From Camelus dromedarius (lineage: Eukaryota): a DNA stretch of 64,000 nucleotides. Position 1 is the stretch's first letter; each line of letters begins with the position of its first letter. Positions 27,171 through 39,400 of this stretch are shown one piece after another. The stretch covers positions 3,474,001-3,538,000 of the forward strand of contig NC_087438.1 in the NCBI RefSeq assembly GCF_036321535.1, given 5' to 3'. The position numbers were made by a program, and so were the translations under genes. Under the pieces are notes generated by a model. The model did no database searches, was not told the DNA's origin, and was given only the letters and a program-made list of their open reading frames with translations.

Positions 27171-27880
27171 GGGAAACCAGTGCGGTTGAACACAATGCTA
27201 GGTCTGCAGCTTTCGCATGTGGTGGAGGTGAAGAAACCACATGGATTTTAGCAGAATTCACATCACTGAGCACGTCTCTAGAGAAAGGAGAACTGATAGG
27301 ATCGCCAGCCTCAGAGGGACAGGTGGAGCTCTGTGCAGGCTGTTTCATGTCCTCGGAAAGCCGTGTGACCCCTGACATGCATCCATTATAACCTCCAGGC
27401 TCCCAGCCCAGGTGCTTTGGAGCAAAAGCACAGAGCCCCGGCCAGAAATGACAAGGTGTTGAGGCCACAGAACCTCCAGCTGGACTTTTCTACCTGACAG
27501 TCAGTCTGCCCCAAAAGTCACATATGAAGGGTGTGTTGTTTCCAGGAAAGGTTAGAGTTCACTCACCTGACAGGTGACCCATCAGCCTGAAACTTCCTGC
27601 ATCACGACTCAATTACACCTGCTACGTTCCAGCCGCTCAGACAGACGCCTGAAAATAATTCTCCTCTCCCTCTTCCCTTCATGGGGATTTGTAGAACGAG
27701 GCTAGGTTTGAACAGAACAAAAAGGAGCAGCATTGAATGTATTTTTATTCTGTACTCCTGAGGGTGGAGATGGAGAGATCTGCCTATTTTACCAAACTCC
27801 CCAGTGCTGAGCATTACAGCAGCAATAAACCCACCGTCTGCCCATCAGTCATAATCGCTTTTTCCTTTTTTAATTTTCAG

Positions 27881-28029
27881 TGGTGCCGCGGAGGGCAGTG
27901 TGTGAAACATGGTGACGAGGGCCCCAAGCCCACCCATGGCCACTGGTCAGACTGGTCTCCCTGGTCCCCCTGCTCCAGGACCTGCGGAGGAGGGGTGTCT
28001 CACAGGGACCGGCTCTGCACGAACCCCCG
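27881..28029 (+). CDS. ADAMTS16: ADAMTS16 internal exon (approx. exon 12): end of disintegrin-like domain and first thrombospondin type-1 repeat
   Basis: Acceptor taattttcag|T, donor CG|gtgagc, 149 nt. [49 protein letters not shown](R), with the WxxWxxW and CSRTCG motifs of a TSR. Confidence 0.96.
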
Positions 28030-29130
28030 GTGAGCACCCCCACCGCCCCCCACCAACCAGCCACCTCTCTGCTACGAACCTTCCTAACAGCATGTGGACG
28101 TGAGCTCGATGATAATGATCCTGTATGACCTTAAAATCTCTCTTTCCTTTCCCCCGTTGCTGTAAGGAACTCTAAGTCGAAAAGCACTTTTACTCAAGCA
28201 TTTCTTGTACAATGATGTCTCTTTGATATAATTTAATTACTTGACCACAGCAGAGTAATGGACCCAACGGGGATATTCAGGAGCTGGATTTTAACCACGT
28301 TTACGTGAAATACCAAAGTCCTGCCTAAAATAAGGAAATAAATCATGCAAAAAACATGGAGAACACGCATCAATAGATAAGCATCAGTAAGAACAAGTGA
28401 AAGGACTGGCTTTTCATCAAACACATTTACCATCACAACATGCGGTTTTGCTGTGCCCCCTGTAGAAGACAAGGATGCTGAAAGCAGTCACCACGGCAGT
28501 GAGCAAAGGGGTTTAAATCTTCCTCCTGCACCTACGTTTCTTTACCGTTAGTCATACGACATAAGCACAGTTATTTACTTCAGTCCTGTCTTTAGTCCTG
28601 TGCCGCGGCTGGGTGCTCTCTCATCCTGCTGTCTCCGCGAGAATTGTAGGGGGTTCGAGGGGTGTTGGCTGGCACTTCCAGCGAGTGGAAGATGACTGGC
28701 TCTTCTGTTCCCATTCGGTGTCACAAGGAAACTCATAGCGGGGAGAAGGTGCCATCCGGGAGGCGAAGTAGTTGCATTGCAGGCTCAGTTCTGCTTTTTA
28801 TCAGCTCCTTCCTTGGTCACCCCCTCCTTTATAGACCTCGGAGAAGAGCGATGCTCACCCTGCCTTCCACTGAGTGATGAGCAAATTCATGCGAACTCGC
28901 TCGCCAGATTCAGACCTGTTCTACTAAGGTTGCAAATAATACACTCCATAGAAAAGGGAAACACGATGCGTATCATTAATATGTAAGAAGGTGCCAATGC
29001 CTTAGCAGAGATGCGCTTTTCTTACTTGGTGTCTGTAAGTGGTTTAACAGCATCTGTTCCATCTTCCAATAAAGGAGGCATGAGTAGCTCTTAAAACATC
29101 AGGTTTCTAACTGCGACACATACATTCCAG

Positions 29131-29303
29131 ACCATCAAATGGAGGGAAGTTCTGTGCGGGCTCCGCTCGAGCTCTGAAGCTTTGCAACAGTCAGAAATGT
29201 CCCCACGGCAGCGTCGACTTCCGCGCCCTGCAGTGCGCCGCGTACAACGGCAAACGGTTCCGAGGATGGCACTACAAATGGGAGCCCTACACCCACGTGG
29301 AAG
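29131..29303 (+). CDS. ADAMTS16: ADAMTS16 internal exon (approx. exon 13): end of TSR1, start of cysteine-rich domain
   Basis: Acceptor cattccag|A with a ctaac branch-like motif at 29107, donor G|gtagat, 173 nt. PSNGGKFCAGSARALKLCNSQKCPHGSVDFRALQCAAYNGKRFRGWHYKWEPYTHVE. Confidence 0.95.
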
Positions 29304-29340
29304 GTAGATCTCAGGCCCCGCTTCCTTGGGCTTTGCTGTC

Positions 29341-29445
29341 TTTTTCTTTTTTTTAACTGAAGTATAGTCAGGTACAGTGTGTCAGTTTCTGGTGTCCAGC
29401 ATAAGGAGTTTGAGATTTGCAAATGATAACCACTATAAATAAAAA
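29341..29445 (-). mobile_element. Miniature 5'-inverted LINE-1 (about 105 bp)
   Basis: A T-run and antisense L1 terminus (aactgaagtatagtcaggtacagtgtgtcagtttctggtgtccagcata) joined to plus-strand L1 3'UTR (ggagtttgagatttgcaaatgataaccactataaataaaaa, compare 3105-3143). Flanked by tgggctttgctgtc (29327-29340) and tggactttactgtc (29446-29459). Confidence 0.8.
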
Positions 29446-31215
29446 TGGACTTTACTGTCCTGACTCTTTAAAGAAACACCTGGTCAATAGTGTGGGATCC
29501 AGACAGACCGAATATTGCCATGCGAGGGCAATGTCACTGGTTGTTCTCGCATTGTTAGTCTGATTCTGCTGGCCCTGTGGCCACTGGCCTCTTACCTAAA
29601 GTTGACCAGTTGTGAGCTCGGAAAAAAGAGAGTGAGACCATGTGTGCAGAACACCATTAAATCTTCAAAGCAGTGATAAGACACTCAACGTAGATGCTTT
29701 GTTGATAAAGAATCAATTCTTTTTTAATTACAAATCACCGAAGTTGATGGTGATATGGCTATAAGCATGTCACCCACTGAACACTTAAAATGGCCAAAGA
29801 ACGAAAGAAAAATGTTTGGATCTTTTGGAAAATCAGACAGTATGCTATATTTGGAAAGTCTGTATCTATAAATTATAAATGCAGATGTTCATTTGTACCA
29901 CATGTAAGATTTTACTATCCAGCTAGAGGGAAATATGGATTATTCTTATGATTATAATAGCTTGAACCCAGTACCTCGAATAGGATAATTTGAGGATAAA
30001 TTCGAAGAACATTTAATCACCTCCTTGTTTGAGGTTGAGAATATTGTCCAAGAACCACTTGAGAAATACGTAAGTTGGGCCAACTTATCTGACATTTACT
30101 TTCACCATCACAGTATATAGAATGTTTTCATGGTGAGAGATTTATCAAATTAGTAAAGTCTGGAAGGAAAATTTATGCAGTTTTATGCAAACCCTTTCTT
30201 GTTGTGTTGTTACTCCTGAACTCAGTAAAAATTAAGCCAGTGAGAAATGAGTAGGCGGGAGAAAAAAGTAGGAAAAAACTTTGAAATTGGGGTCAAAAAT
30301 ACGTGTGATAGCCTTGACTTTGCTTGTCTTCAGTAAAGAAATGCACTGATCACAGAAGCACGTGTTAAATTTGGTTCTGAGCATTTTTCAGTTGGGTCTC
30401 TTATCCTGCAATCAAGAAAATATCTGTACATGAGTCTTGGGCCAGTGAAGACTCCTTAGGCAGGTAAATTTTTATTATCAACTGTTCCCTTCTTTACCAA
30501 GAAGAGAACAAAGGGGAAAACAAAGTTTCTACAAAAGTTCAGAATAGTCATGTAAATGACACATCCTTGAAATGGATTCCCCAGAGGAAGGGAACTTGAT
30601 CTCCAGCCTCAACTATGTAACGAGGCCTGAATTCTCTGCGTATCAGTACTTTTTGACAATCCATTGTATGTATAAAAAAACAGTGCTCTCTGGAGATTTC
30701 ATCCAAAAGTTACTCCCTTTATCAGTTTAAAAATAGTGTGCAGTTTAGGAAATGTGTTTAGGAATTTCGTGATTATTTTAATGGTTTTATTACAGCTTAT
30801 TTGTAACAATTTTGTATATTGCTACAAAATGATAGCGACTTTCTGCATTTCTACGAGAAAGCAGTTAATGGTACTAGTGATCTGTCAGGACAGTACATTG
30901 CAGTTCAAGTCGACAGGTGCTTACTGGATGCCTGCTGTGTGCAACCACTGTATGCAGGACAAGGACCAATCAAGGACAGAGCAGAGTGAAATTTAACAGT
31001 GAAGCTTTAAAAAAAAAAAAAAGACAAAACAGAAAATTAAAGGGGAAACTCCAAGCCTACTGAGGCAATTCGAAAAAATGTCTGCAATGTGTTATTTTGT
31101 GGGAGTTATTTTATGGGCAAAAAAGAAAAAAATAGTCTATCTAAAATTTAGAGCAAAAATGATCAGCGCTTAAGTATCTTTCTCATTTGTGTTTGTGTGT
31201 GTATTTCTTTTTAAG

Positions 31216-31346
31216 ATCAGGACTTATGCAAACTCTACTGTATCGCAGAAGGATTTGATTTCTTCTTTTCTTTGTCAAATAAAGTCAAAGATGGGACTCC
31301 ATGCTCGGAGGATAGCCGTAATATTTGTATAGATGGGATATGTGAG
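31216..31346 (+). CDS. ADAMTS16: ADAMTS16 internal exon (approx. exon 14): cysteine-rich domain
   Basis: Acceptor tctttttaag|AT, donor GAG|gtaata, 131 nt. (D)QDLCKLYCIAEGFDFFFSLSNKVKDGTPCSEDSRNICIDGICE. Confidence 0.95.
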
Positions 31347-32400
31347 GTAATAACGATCATTCATTCGTTCAACAAACATCTCCCGACAGTCTACTTTGGG
31401 CCAGGCACCCTGTAAGGGGCAAGAGAGACCAGACATTTAAAACGTACCCTTTCCCTCCAAGTCACTGTCCAGCAGGGGTGAAAGTGAGCTGGAGACGCAC
31501 AGGGGTTTGTGGCAGCGGAGGTGTGAACAGAGCACAGGCAGAAAGGAGGAGCTGGTTCTCTCTCAGATGTGGACCTGAGAGATTTGCAGGGCCCCTCAGG
31601 GAAGGGAGCTCAATCAAGAGGGTGAGCTGGAAGAGGGGTATGGGCGGAGCAGGGAGGGGACACGGTGCTGCAGGAAATCACGGGCTGGTAGGACCCGACT
31701 CCATCGTCACTGGGAGGCAGGCAGGAGCTGGGGGATGCCGAGGGAGCCCAGTGGAGGGGGATACCCTCTCAAAGGGCCGTTTGCAGCCAGGACAAGGGGT
31801 TGGGCTTTTTTTATCCTCGTGTCCCTGGGGACCAGACCAGCGAAGTAGCAGGGTCAGATTGCAGTAGTGGGGTCAGATTGCAGTAGCCCAGTGGTGGAAC
31901 AAGTAAATCAAACAGGGACAGCTGACAGCCAGAGGCCACTATGCGGGGGTCTCAGGAAGCTGGGCGGCCTCCCTCTGTTGGGGAGGGACTTAGGACACAG
32001 GCTGGGGAGGGTTGGCGGCTCAGTGAACACAGAGCTCTGAGTGGGTCGCCACGTGCAGAAGGGATGGATTTTACTGCAGACAAAGGGAGGGTGTCACATG
32101 CAGTGGTCAGATGCACTGCAGGTAAATCACAGGCTTTCCAATGAAGAAGTTCCTCAATATCCGTCTTCAGTGGAGTCCAAAGACCTTGGTCCCAGGCCTA
32201 AATTTCTCTAAGGTGTATGACCCTGACCACGGTCAAGTTGAGTCACCCACTAAGACCCTCTGCAATCGTTTGAGTGCATGAAGATTAGATTAAATGATTC
32301 TGTTAAGATCTCTTTCAGTTTTAAAATACTCAAAGCTCTACCCTTGGTGTCTATTCATTGATTTGTTAAATATGTCATTCTTTTTAGAAATTCTTAATAA

Positions 32401-32712
32401 TACAGTGTCAAAGCCCCTTATTTGTAATTCTGAAACCCAAAAAGCTGTGAAGCAGAAAGTTTATTTGGAGGCAAAATATAACCTAAATTTATTTGGTCGC
32501 AAAACTACTTTGAGCTGATGTGGGACTGTGAGTGACGTTTATCGCGCTCAGTGTGGAAATGTGTGCATTTTAAAAACCTCATTGCTGCCCCAGGCTCTGC
32601 TGGGACTCTCACGTTATATGCATAAGATGTTAATTACCTTCCTAAAATCAAAAAAGCTCTGCATTCTAAAGTGTATCTGCCCTCGGATTTCAAACAAGGG
32701 AGGGTGGACCAG
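32401..32712. mobile_element. Possible Tigger-family (Tc1/mariner) non-autonomous DNA transposon relic
   Basis: Degenerate inverted ends (ccccttatttgtaattctga ... tcggatttcaaacaaggg), start at tacag, repeated aaaaagct motifs. Family assignment from memory only. Confidence 0.4.
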
Positions 32713-33276
32713 AGTTACTTCCCGTCCGAATGGGATTTTTGCATATCTAGACGATATTCTTTGTTAGGAAATGTGCAACTAGCAAGCATCATGGAATTTA
32801 CAAAGAGCTGCTAAAACTGGAAGACAGGAACCAAACGTGCCCATGACGTAGTTACTGCCGAGAATAATCGTCCGGGGCCTGTGCTCCTTCTTCGCCTCTG
32901 CACAAGGCGAGTCAAAAGCCCGAGGTGTGCTCCCGCGGGCCCTCGTGACACCACAGTGCTTGTCACTTGTGCTCAGTGCCTTAAGCCAGCCTGAAACGTA
33001 CCTGCACTTCCAACACGGCAGCCTGATAGATTTAATTCGGGGCTCGAGGTAGGACGGTTGTGTAGCCGTGGGAAGAGGACAGGTTCTGCCGGCCCCGGCT
33101 CTCGTCCTCCGGATCCAGGTGTGGGAGGCAGCCTCCCAGTGCACACCGGGTGTCCGTGAATATTCGTTCACTCTCCCGTGTCAGTGAAACTTCCAAGGGT
33201 CCGGGGAACAGGTGTGTGACTTCCCTCCTCTTGTCTTTTCTTTCATGACTGGCACGTGGCCTGGCGGGTCCCGCAG

Positions 33277-33400
33277 AGAGTGGGCTGTGACAACGTCCTG
33301 GGATCCGACGCCGTGGAAGACGCCTGTGGTGTGTGCCGGGGAAATAACTCGGACTGCACGACGCACAAGGGCCTGTACGCCAAGCAGCCCCGCTCCAACC
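33277..33400 (+). CDS. ADAMTS16: ADAMTS16 internal exon (approx. exon 15): end of cysteine-rich domain, start of spacer
   Basis: Acceptor ccgcag|AGA, donor C|gtgagt, 124 nt. RVGCDNVLGSDAVEDACGVCRGNNSDCTTHKGLYAKQPRSN, within ORF 33256..33453. Confidence 0.95.
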
Positions 33401-33794
33401 GTGAGTCCGCCCGGCGGCCTGCGGGGCCCGGTGGGTTGGAACGAACCGCTTGACGGGACAGCGGGACACGGAGTGAAAGCACGGGCAGGCGGAGTCCTGA
33501 GAGCCCCACGCAGACTCCTGCCCTGCCTCGCCTCCCAGACCTCCTGTCGTGATGGGCAGTGGTTGCCAGGTTATTGGAATTAAAATGGTTCTTAGAAACA
33601 GTGGAAATAACAACAGCTCTGTTCCAATTGAAAAACGAATTAATTTTTTTTTTAAAGTGGTGATGAGGTGAAATCATGCCACAGTGTTTGGCATGTTCGC
33701 GGACAAGGGGCACTGTGGACGGACTTCTGACTGGGAGAGATTTTAAGGATAAAGTTAGAATTTAATCTGGAGCTCAGTCTTGGTTTTTGTTTTC

Positions 33795-33820
33795 AAAACA
33801 AAACAAAACAAAACAAAAAC
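33795..33820. repeat. (AAAAC)n microsatellite
   Basis: aaaacaaaacaaaacaaaacaaaaac. Confidence 0.9.
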
Positions 33821-34233
33821 ACCAAGTTGGGTGGTAACAAAAATGCATAGAAAAAGAGTCTGGATAAAAGTGCCCCACAATATGGTGATATTATGGATAG
33901 CTTTCTTTATTTTTTATTTTTGCTTTTTTTTTAAATTGAAGTATAATTGATTTACAATGTTTCGTGTTTTTAGGGGTTTTTTTTTTATTCTGATTTTTCT
34001 ACCATGAGCATGTTGACACTTTACAATCAGGAAAAATTATTTTTAAAGGACTTTTAACTTAAAAAAGGGGAAAGAAGTGATTTATGGGGCCCGTGTAACT
34101 GATTGCCGAAAGAGATCTTCTCCAGGTTCCAAATTCTGCATCTTGAGGTTTAGTGATGGAGAACTGGAGGTACCCAGGGATCGGCATTATTGAACGAAGT
34201 ACCACATGCCCCCCTCCTTTTTCTTTACTCCAG

Positions 34234-34478
34234 AGTATTATCCGATGGTCACCATTCCTTCTGGAGCCCGGAGCATCCGCGTCTATGAAATGAATGCATC
34301 TACCTCCTACATTTCTGTGCGAAATACACTCAAAAAGTACTACCTGAATGGACACTGGACAGTGGACTGGCCCGGCCGCTACAAGTTTTCAGGAACTACC
34401 TTCGACTACAGACGCTCCTACAAGGAGCCTGAGAGCTTGACTTCCGCGGGGCCAACCAACGAGACGCTGGTCGTGGAG
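34234..34478 (+). CDS. ADAMTS16: ADAMTS16 internal exon (approx. exon 16): spacer domain
   Basis: Acceptor tttactccag|AG, donor GAG|gtagac, 245 nt. (Q)YYPMVTIPSGARSIRVYEMNASTSYISVRNTLKKYYLNGHWTVDWPGRYKFSGTTFDYRRSYKEPESLTSAGPTNETLVVE, cysteine-free as expected for an ADAMTS spacer. Confidence 0.96.
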
Positions 34479-36275
34479 GTAGACGCCAGCCTCTTGCTTT
34501 CAGGGCTTGGATTTCGGGTCTTAGGGAGTTTTGTGGGTTCAAGGCTATTAGCATAATTTTACATACACAGAAAATTGTTTGCAACTAGACAGCATCTCAG
34601 AAGCAAGACTAATCACTCCATAGAGTGAATGGGCCAATGGACTTGTTTTAATCATCTCTGAAAACATCAGATGAGTGATGGAATTCATGTTTATGCACAT
34701 CACGCAGTTCCCATTTTTGCATCTTTATCTGTGGATTTGGGCAAAAGTCTGCTTCTCTCCTGTAAGCTCTGTGGCTGTGAGAAGCAGTCACTGTTGGCTC
34801 CCTGGCTGCGCCTGCTTGGGTGGGATCAGCATTCCGCTAAGTCCTGTGGAAATGGGAGATGAAAATGCATCACACGGGCCCGGTGCCAGGCAGGGGGTCA
34901 CACACTCCCCTCCTAGGCAGCCCTTCTGTGTTCTCGCCAGAGCTCAGAGGCTCACAAGATCCAGATGGGCGTCTTCTAACAAAGTAATTTGTCCCCATGG
35001 GACTGGGCAGATGGTGGCAACAGGCGACGGACGTGCAAATTCTCCACTTTTGCATATTTCTGTGCACATTTAAAGAAAAGACTTGGTTCAAAAGCTGCCC
35101 CCTCCGCCCTCACCTAAGTGTGCAGGTGCGAGCCGCTCAGACGCCCTCCACCTGCTCCCCTTCCTGCAGCCCCGTCCTGCGGTCCCTGTGTCTTCCTGGG
35201 AGCTATCTCATCACACCTCCCGCCTCCACCTCCCGTCGGCCTTGAGCTGCCCCCGCCCCTTTATAACCCTGTTCACCCTGAATCCTTGCCGGGTCATTTC
35301 TCTCCCACCATGGGGGCGTTCAGCTTGATGCTCATGGAGAGAGAGAGATGGGTCAGGGTCGAAAGTGATAGCAGCTTATTGGGACTTTCCTGGAGGAAGA
35401 AGAGTTAACGGGGATTCAGAGTGTCAGGTGGCAGCCGCTTAGTGGCCGTGCCGTGCGGCCACGTGTCCGGGGCTCCTGCCTGTCCCGCAGCATCTTCCCC
35501 AGCTAGACGTGAGCCGTGTCATCTGGGGGAGAGAGAGCTGTGGTGCTGGACTCAGGGAAGGCCCAGGGACTTTATCTACCGGAACGTCACATCCAGGACC
35601 AGGGAGGCTCCAAGGCTCAGAGATGGGGTTCCTATCAACAGGCTAATGGTGAGGTTTCCAAAAAGCTTCCCACTGGGAGCAGGGGATCTGATACCTGCAG
35701 GAGGGAAAAGGTCACTGGTCCATGCGATCGGGTTTCCAGACAGGAGGGGCGGAGTCCAGTACAATTCCACGTGCTAGTGTGGTCCCAGGTGTGCCCAGCC
35801 TGAGAAATCATCTTTTCTCCTGGAGCCACACAGTGCACGTCAGGAGGCAAACGACCTCTGTATCCGGTCGCAGGAGGAAGTCCTCAGACTCAGCTTTGAT
35901 CCTGCCTGGATGGCATCCACTTGCTGTTCCGGGCTGTTGCGACCTGGCTAGGAAGCGTGAAGGAGGTTTTAGGTATCACTTTCTGATTTTCTCAGACGGG
36001 GAGGATTGGCAGGAAGAAAGCACGGAGGGAAGAAACCGATACCCTTGTCAGGCTGTAGAGGCTACGGGGGAGGCCCTAGGCATGAGGCAGAGGAGCCGGT
36101 AGCGGGGAGTCTGTTCCTGCTTAGAAGGTGAATGCGAACTTTGGAGGACTTGTATTTTATCTTCATCTTCACCTTTTTGTTGATATCGCTGATGCTTCAA
36201 GTCATTTAAAACAAATTAGCTCCTGTTTATCGGTCCCACTTTAACTCGTTTCCTTTTCCCTTTCTTGGTTTGCAG

Positions 36276-36414
36276 CTTCTGCTTCAGGGAAGGAACCCGG
36301 GCATCGCCTGGGAGTACTCGGTGCCACGGCGGGCGGGTGAGAGGAAGCTCGGCGTCCAGCCCAGCTACACGTGGGCCACTGTCCGCTCCGAGTGCTCCGT
36401 CTCCTGCGGAGGGG
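36276..36414 (+). CDS. ADAMTS16: ADAMTS16 internal exon (approx. exon 17): end of spacer, start of second TSR
   Basis: Acceptor ggtttgcag|CTT, donor G|gtaggt, 139 nt. LLLQGRNPGIAWEYSVPRRAGERKLGVQPSYTWATVRSECSVSCGG(G). Confidence 0.95.
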
Positions 36415-39400
36415 GTAGGTCACTTCCCGCCGCCGTCCTGGTGGTGGGCACGGGGCGGTCCGCACTGGTCCTCCTCACGCCCCGGGGGGAGCCCAGTGGA
36501 GAGCAGTGGTGCAGAGCATCACCGAAAGCCTGAGCCACTCTCTCCCATCTAGCTACGTCAGCGTGTGGCCTCGAGGAGGCGGCTCAGTGAACTGGCTTCT
36601 GCTTTTCATCTAACAGAAGATCTTTTAAAGGGTAACTTTGCTATCTGAGATTATTCAGATGACAGTCACACAAATGATTATATAGCTCATGTTGGTGAGA
36701 AGCAGACACTTGCTTGGAAACTACAGTGGTCCAGGGTGAGGTTTTTATCAAATGGCATTGTTCAAAAGTATTGGAAAGGAATCTGCTGTAAAGTTATATA
36801 CCTAAATTCACTCAGAAAGTATAAGAATTTTAGGAAAGTTGCAATGAAAATGACAAGAAACAATACATCACAAAGAAGAATTTCACCTGATAGCAGATGG
36901 CTTTATCGTGGTGATACCACAGCAATTTTAAGCCCATGTCTAAACTGATAAAGCCGGCTCACTGGGGGGACTTCCAGCCAGAGCCAGTGTGTAGTATCTG
37001 GAGAAGGGTGGGGAGGAAATATTTGCACATTTAGAAACAAATTACTAAGTTCCATCTGACATAAAAACCAGACAAGTTTCCACATGGACAAATGGATTCA
37101 GCTTTGTGCATTCTGGGTTTTTGTAATTAAGAAATTAATTTAGACAGTACTAGATATTTAAGTAAAAGATAATGGCACATGAATGTGAATCGCACAAAGA
37201 CTCTAAAGAATGAATAAGGAAAAAATAAGTGAACTCATGCATTTATAGTTGCTCCAAATGAGATGGAGAAAATAAAGGAAAACAGAAAGAGTAACAAAAA
37301 AAAAGAGTCTGAAAAGTTAACACTACAAACCTGACGTGTGTTAACTCTTCCCATTGTGAACTAAGAATGAAATATTTAAATCATATATAAATTCTGACAT
37401 TAAATGCTTTCTAAGGAAAGGGTAGAATTCCCTTCTGTCCAGCAGAGTGCAAGCAAATGGCTCTAATGACCTAGAGAAACACGTGGGCGACCTGCCCCGG
37501 CCATGAGCCCATGTAGGAGAAAAAGGAGAGCAGAACCACATCCGCGGGCATCTGTGGGTGCGACGTGGGAAAACCAGTCTCCATTCCTGCTCACTTCCCG
37601 TCCTTTCCCCTGCTGCTCTTAGAGCCACGCCCCACGACTCTGTGGTTCACACTGGCTATGCTTGATTTTATCTGTCCGTTTAGAGTATCTAAAAGCATTT
37701 GATTAGAATAATAGTCGAATTGTAAAGCCTTGTATTTATGTAAGGACATGACTTGAGAACTCTCGCTGGTAGCTTTCCGTTTGCTGAAATGTGTGTGCTG
37801 AGTCCCGTGGCAGCCCTGTAAGGATGGCTGGTCAGGGAGCGTATTCCGTCAGGACCGTTTCCCTCGTGCTTTCCCTTAAGAGTGAGTTATATAGAGGGAG
37901 ACTCGGTTTCCTGCGCCGTGACCGAGTCACTTGTCTCAGGATCCTGAAAACACCGCATGAATGATCAGCATGCTTGCACATCACCTAACTGCCCCTAAAG
38001 AATGATTCTCACATTGTTTCTAGAGGAAATCAACCCACAGCCCATTCCCTGATCGTTTGCCTGAAGGGTGGCTCGGCAGGGTCCACGGGGGGGGGGGCTG
38101 CTGGTTTTCAGTGTGGATGGAACATTCCTGGGGAATCAGGGTTTCTCAGTCCAACACCTGGAAGGCACGTGGGACGCCGTTATCACCGTGTGTAGGATGT
38201 GGCTCTTCTGAATGATCCTCCAGTGGAAACCGAGGTGCCTTCCAGCTCCCAGGACTCAGCACCTAATCAGAGCGTCCGCTCACAGGCCCCGTGTGAGCAC
38301 TGGGAAAGGGCCCTTTGGAAACCCTGTGGGCTTGCACTGAGGTGGACCCTCCTTGTCTCCTAAAAGGATGGAAGCACAGCCTCACTCTCCCTTCTCTCTC
38401 TCTCTCCTCTCGCGCGCCCTCCGGGATTTTCTTATTTTCTGCACGAGCAAGAGGGAAATAAGCACCACGTTACTGGAGTTACTTGAGCACCCGCTGTGTC
38501 TCGTCACATCCACGGCCCTGGGGAGCCCTCAGCATGGCTTGCAAGTAGGAAGACCCTGCACAGGCCGGAGGCCCCGGTCAGGTTCAGGTCTCCCTCATTT
38601 TATCTGCATGCTTTGTATTTCAAAGATTTGTACTTGCAGAGACCTCCCAATAACCTGGATTCTGAGCTTCCAGAACATCTTTTACTTAACTCTCTTCTTG
38701 TGACTTTAATGTCCACAAGGAGGTCTTTAAAGGAACCAGTCAGGGGATTAATGAACGCGCAGGAGACACCTAGGAATTCCCCCAGCTCTTGCAGAAACAG
38801 CTCCGGGCATCAGCCAAGGAAGGGCCCCCGTGTCCTTGTCTGTTCTCGTGGGCCCATCTCTCTGCAGAAGGTGAGACTTATGGACGGACCCAGGGCACAC
38901 GGTGCCTCTCGTCCTCTTTTCTGACAGCTGCATCTGCTCTTTTTCCCTTTCCACCCACTTTTATGATCCAACCACAGGGGTTTATTTTGGGAGTCCTGCT
39001 TGGCTGTGCCCTGACTGGGGCACTGGGGACAGGGTGAGGACCCACGAGGTGGGACACTCAGCCCAGAGTACTGGGGTGGGGGGTAGGAAACACCTCAGCT
39101 GATCGTGTCCGACTCTAAGGCAGAGACTTTTAGATGTGGCAGTGGCTGTGGAATGGCATCAGCCATTTCTCAAAGTTACAGATGCTGCACTTTAAAAAAA
39201 TCAGCCTCTGTGATCTATCTGGTTCTGTGTATTTCAAATAGTAACTAATTCCAAACCTCTGACTTACTTCCAAGTGAAAAGACTTACTAAGACTTGGCTT
39301 ATAGCTTTGTTTAATCTCTCCAATACGCAGCATCCAGTGTCTGGGGACGTTCATCTTCTTCCAAATGAAAATGTTCTGATTCACAGTGAGCTCCTCAGGC

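Noticed and set aside
31216..31220. Alternative CAG acceptor 5 nt inside the exon
   Set aside because: It would shift the frame. Only the upstream AAG acceptor preserves E-D-Q-D-L-C.
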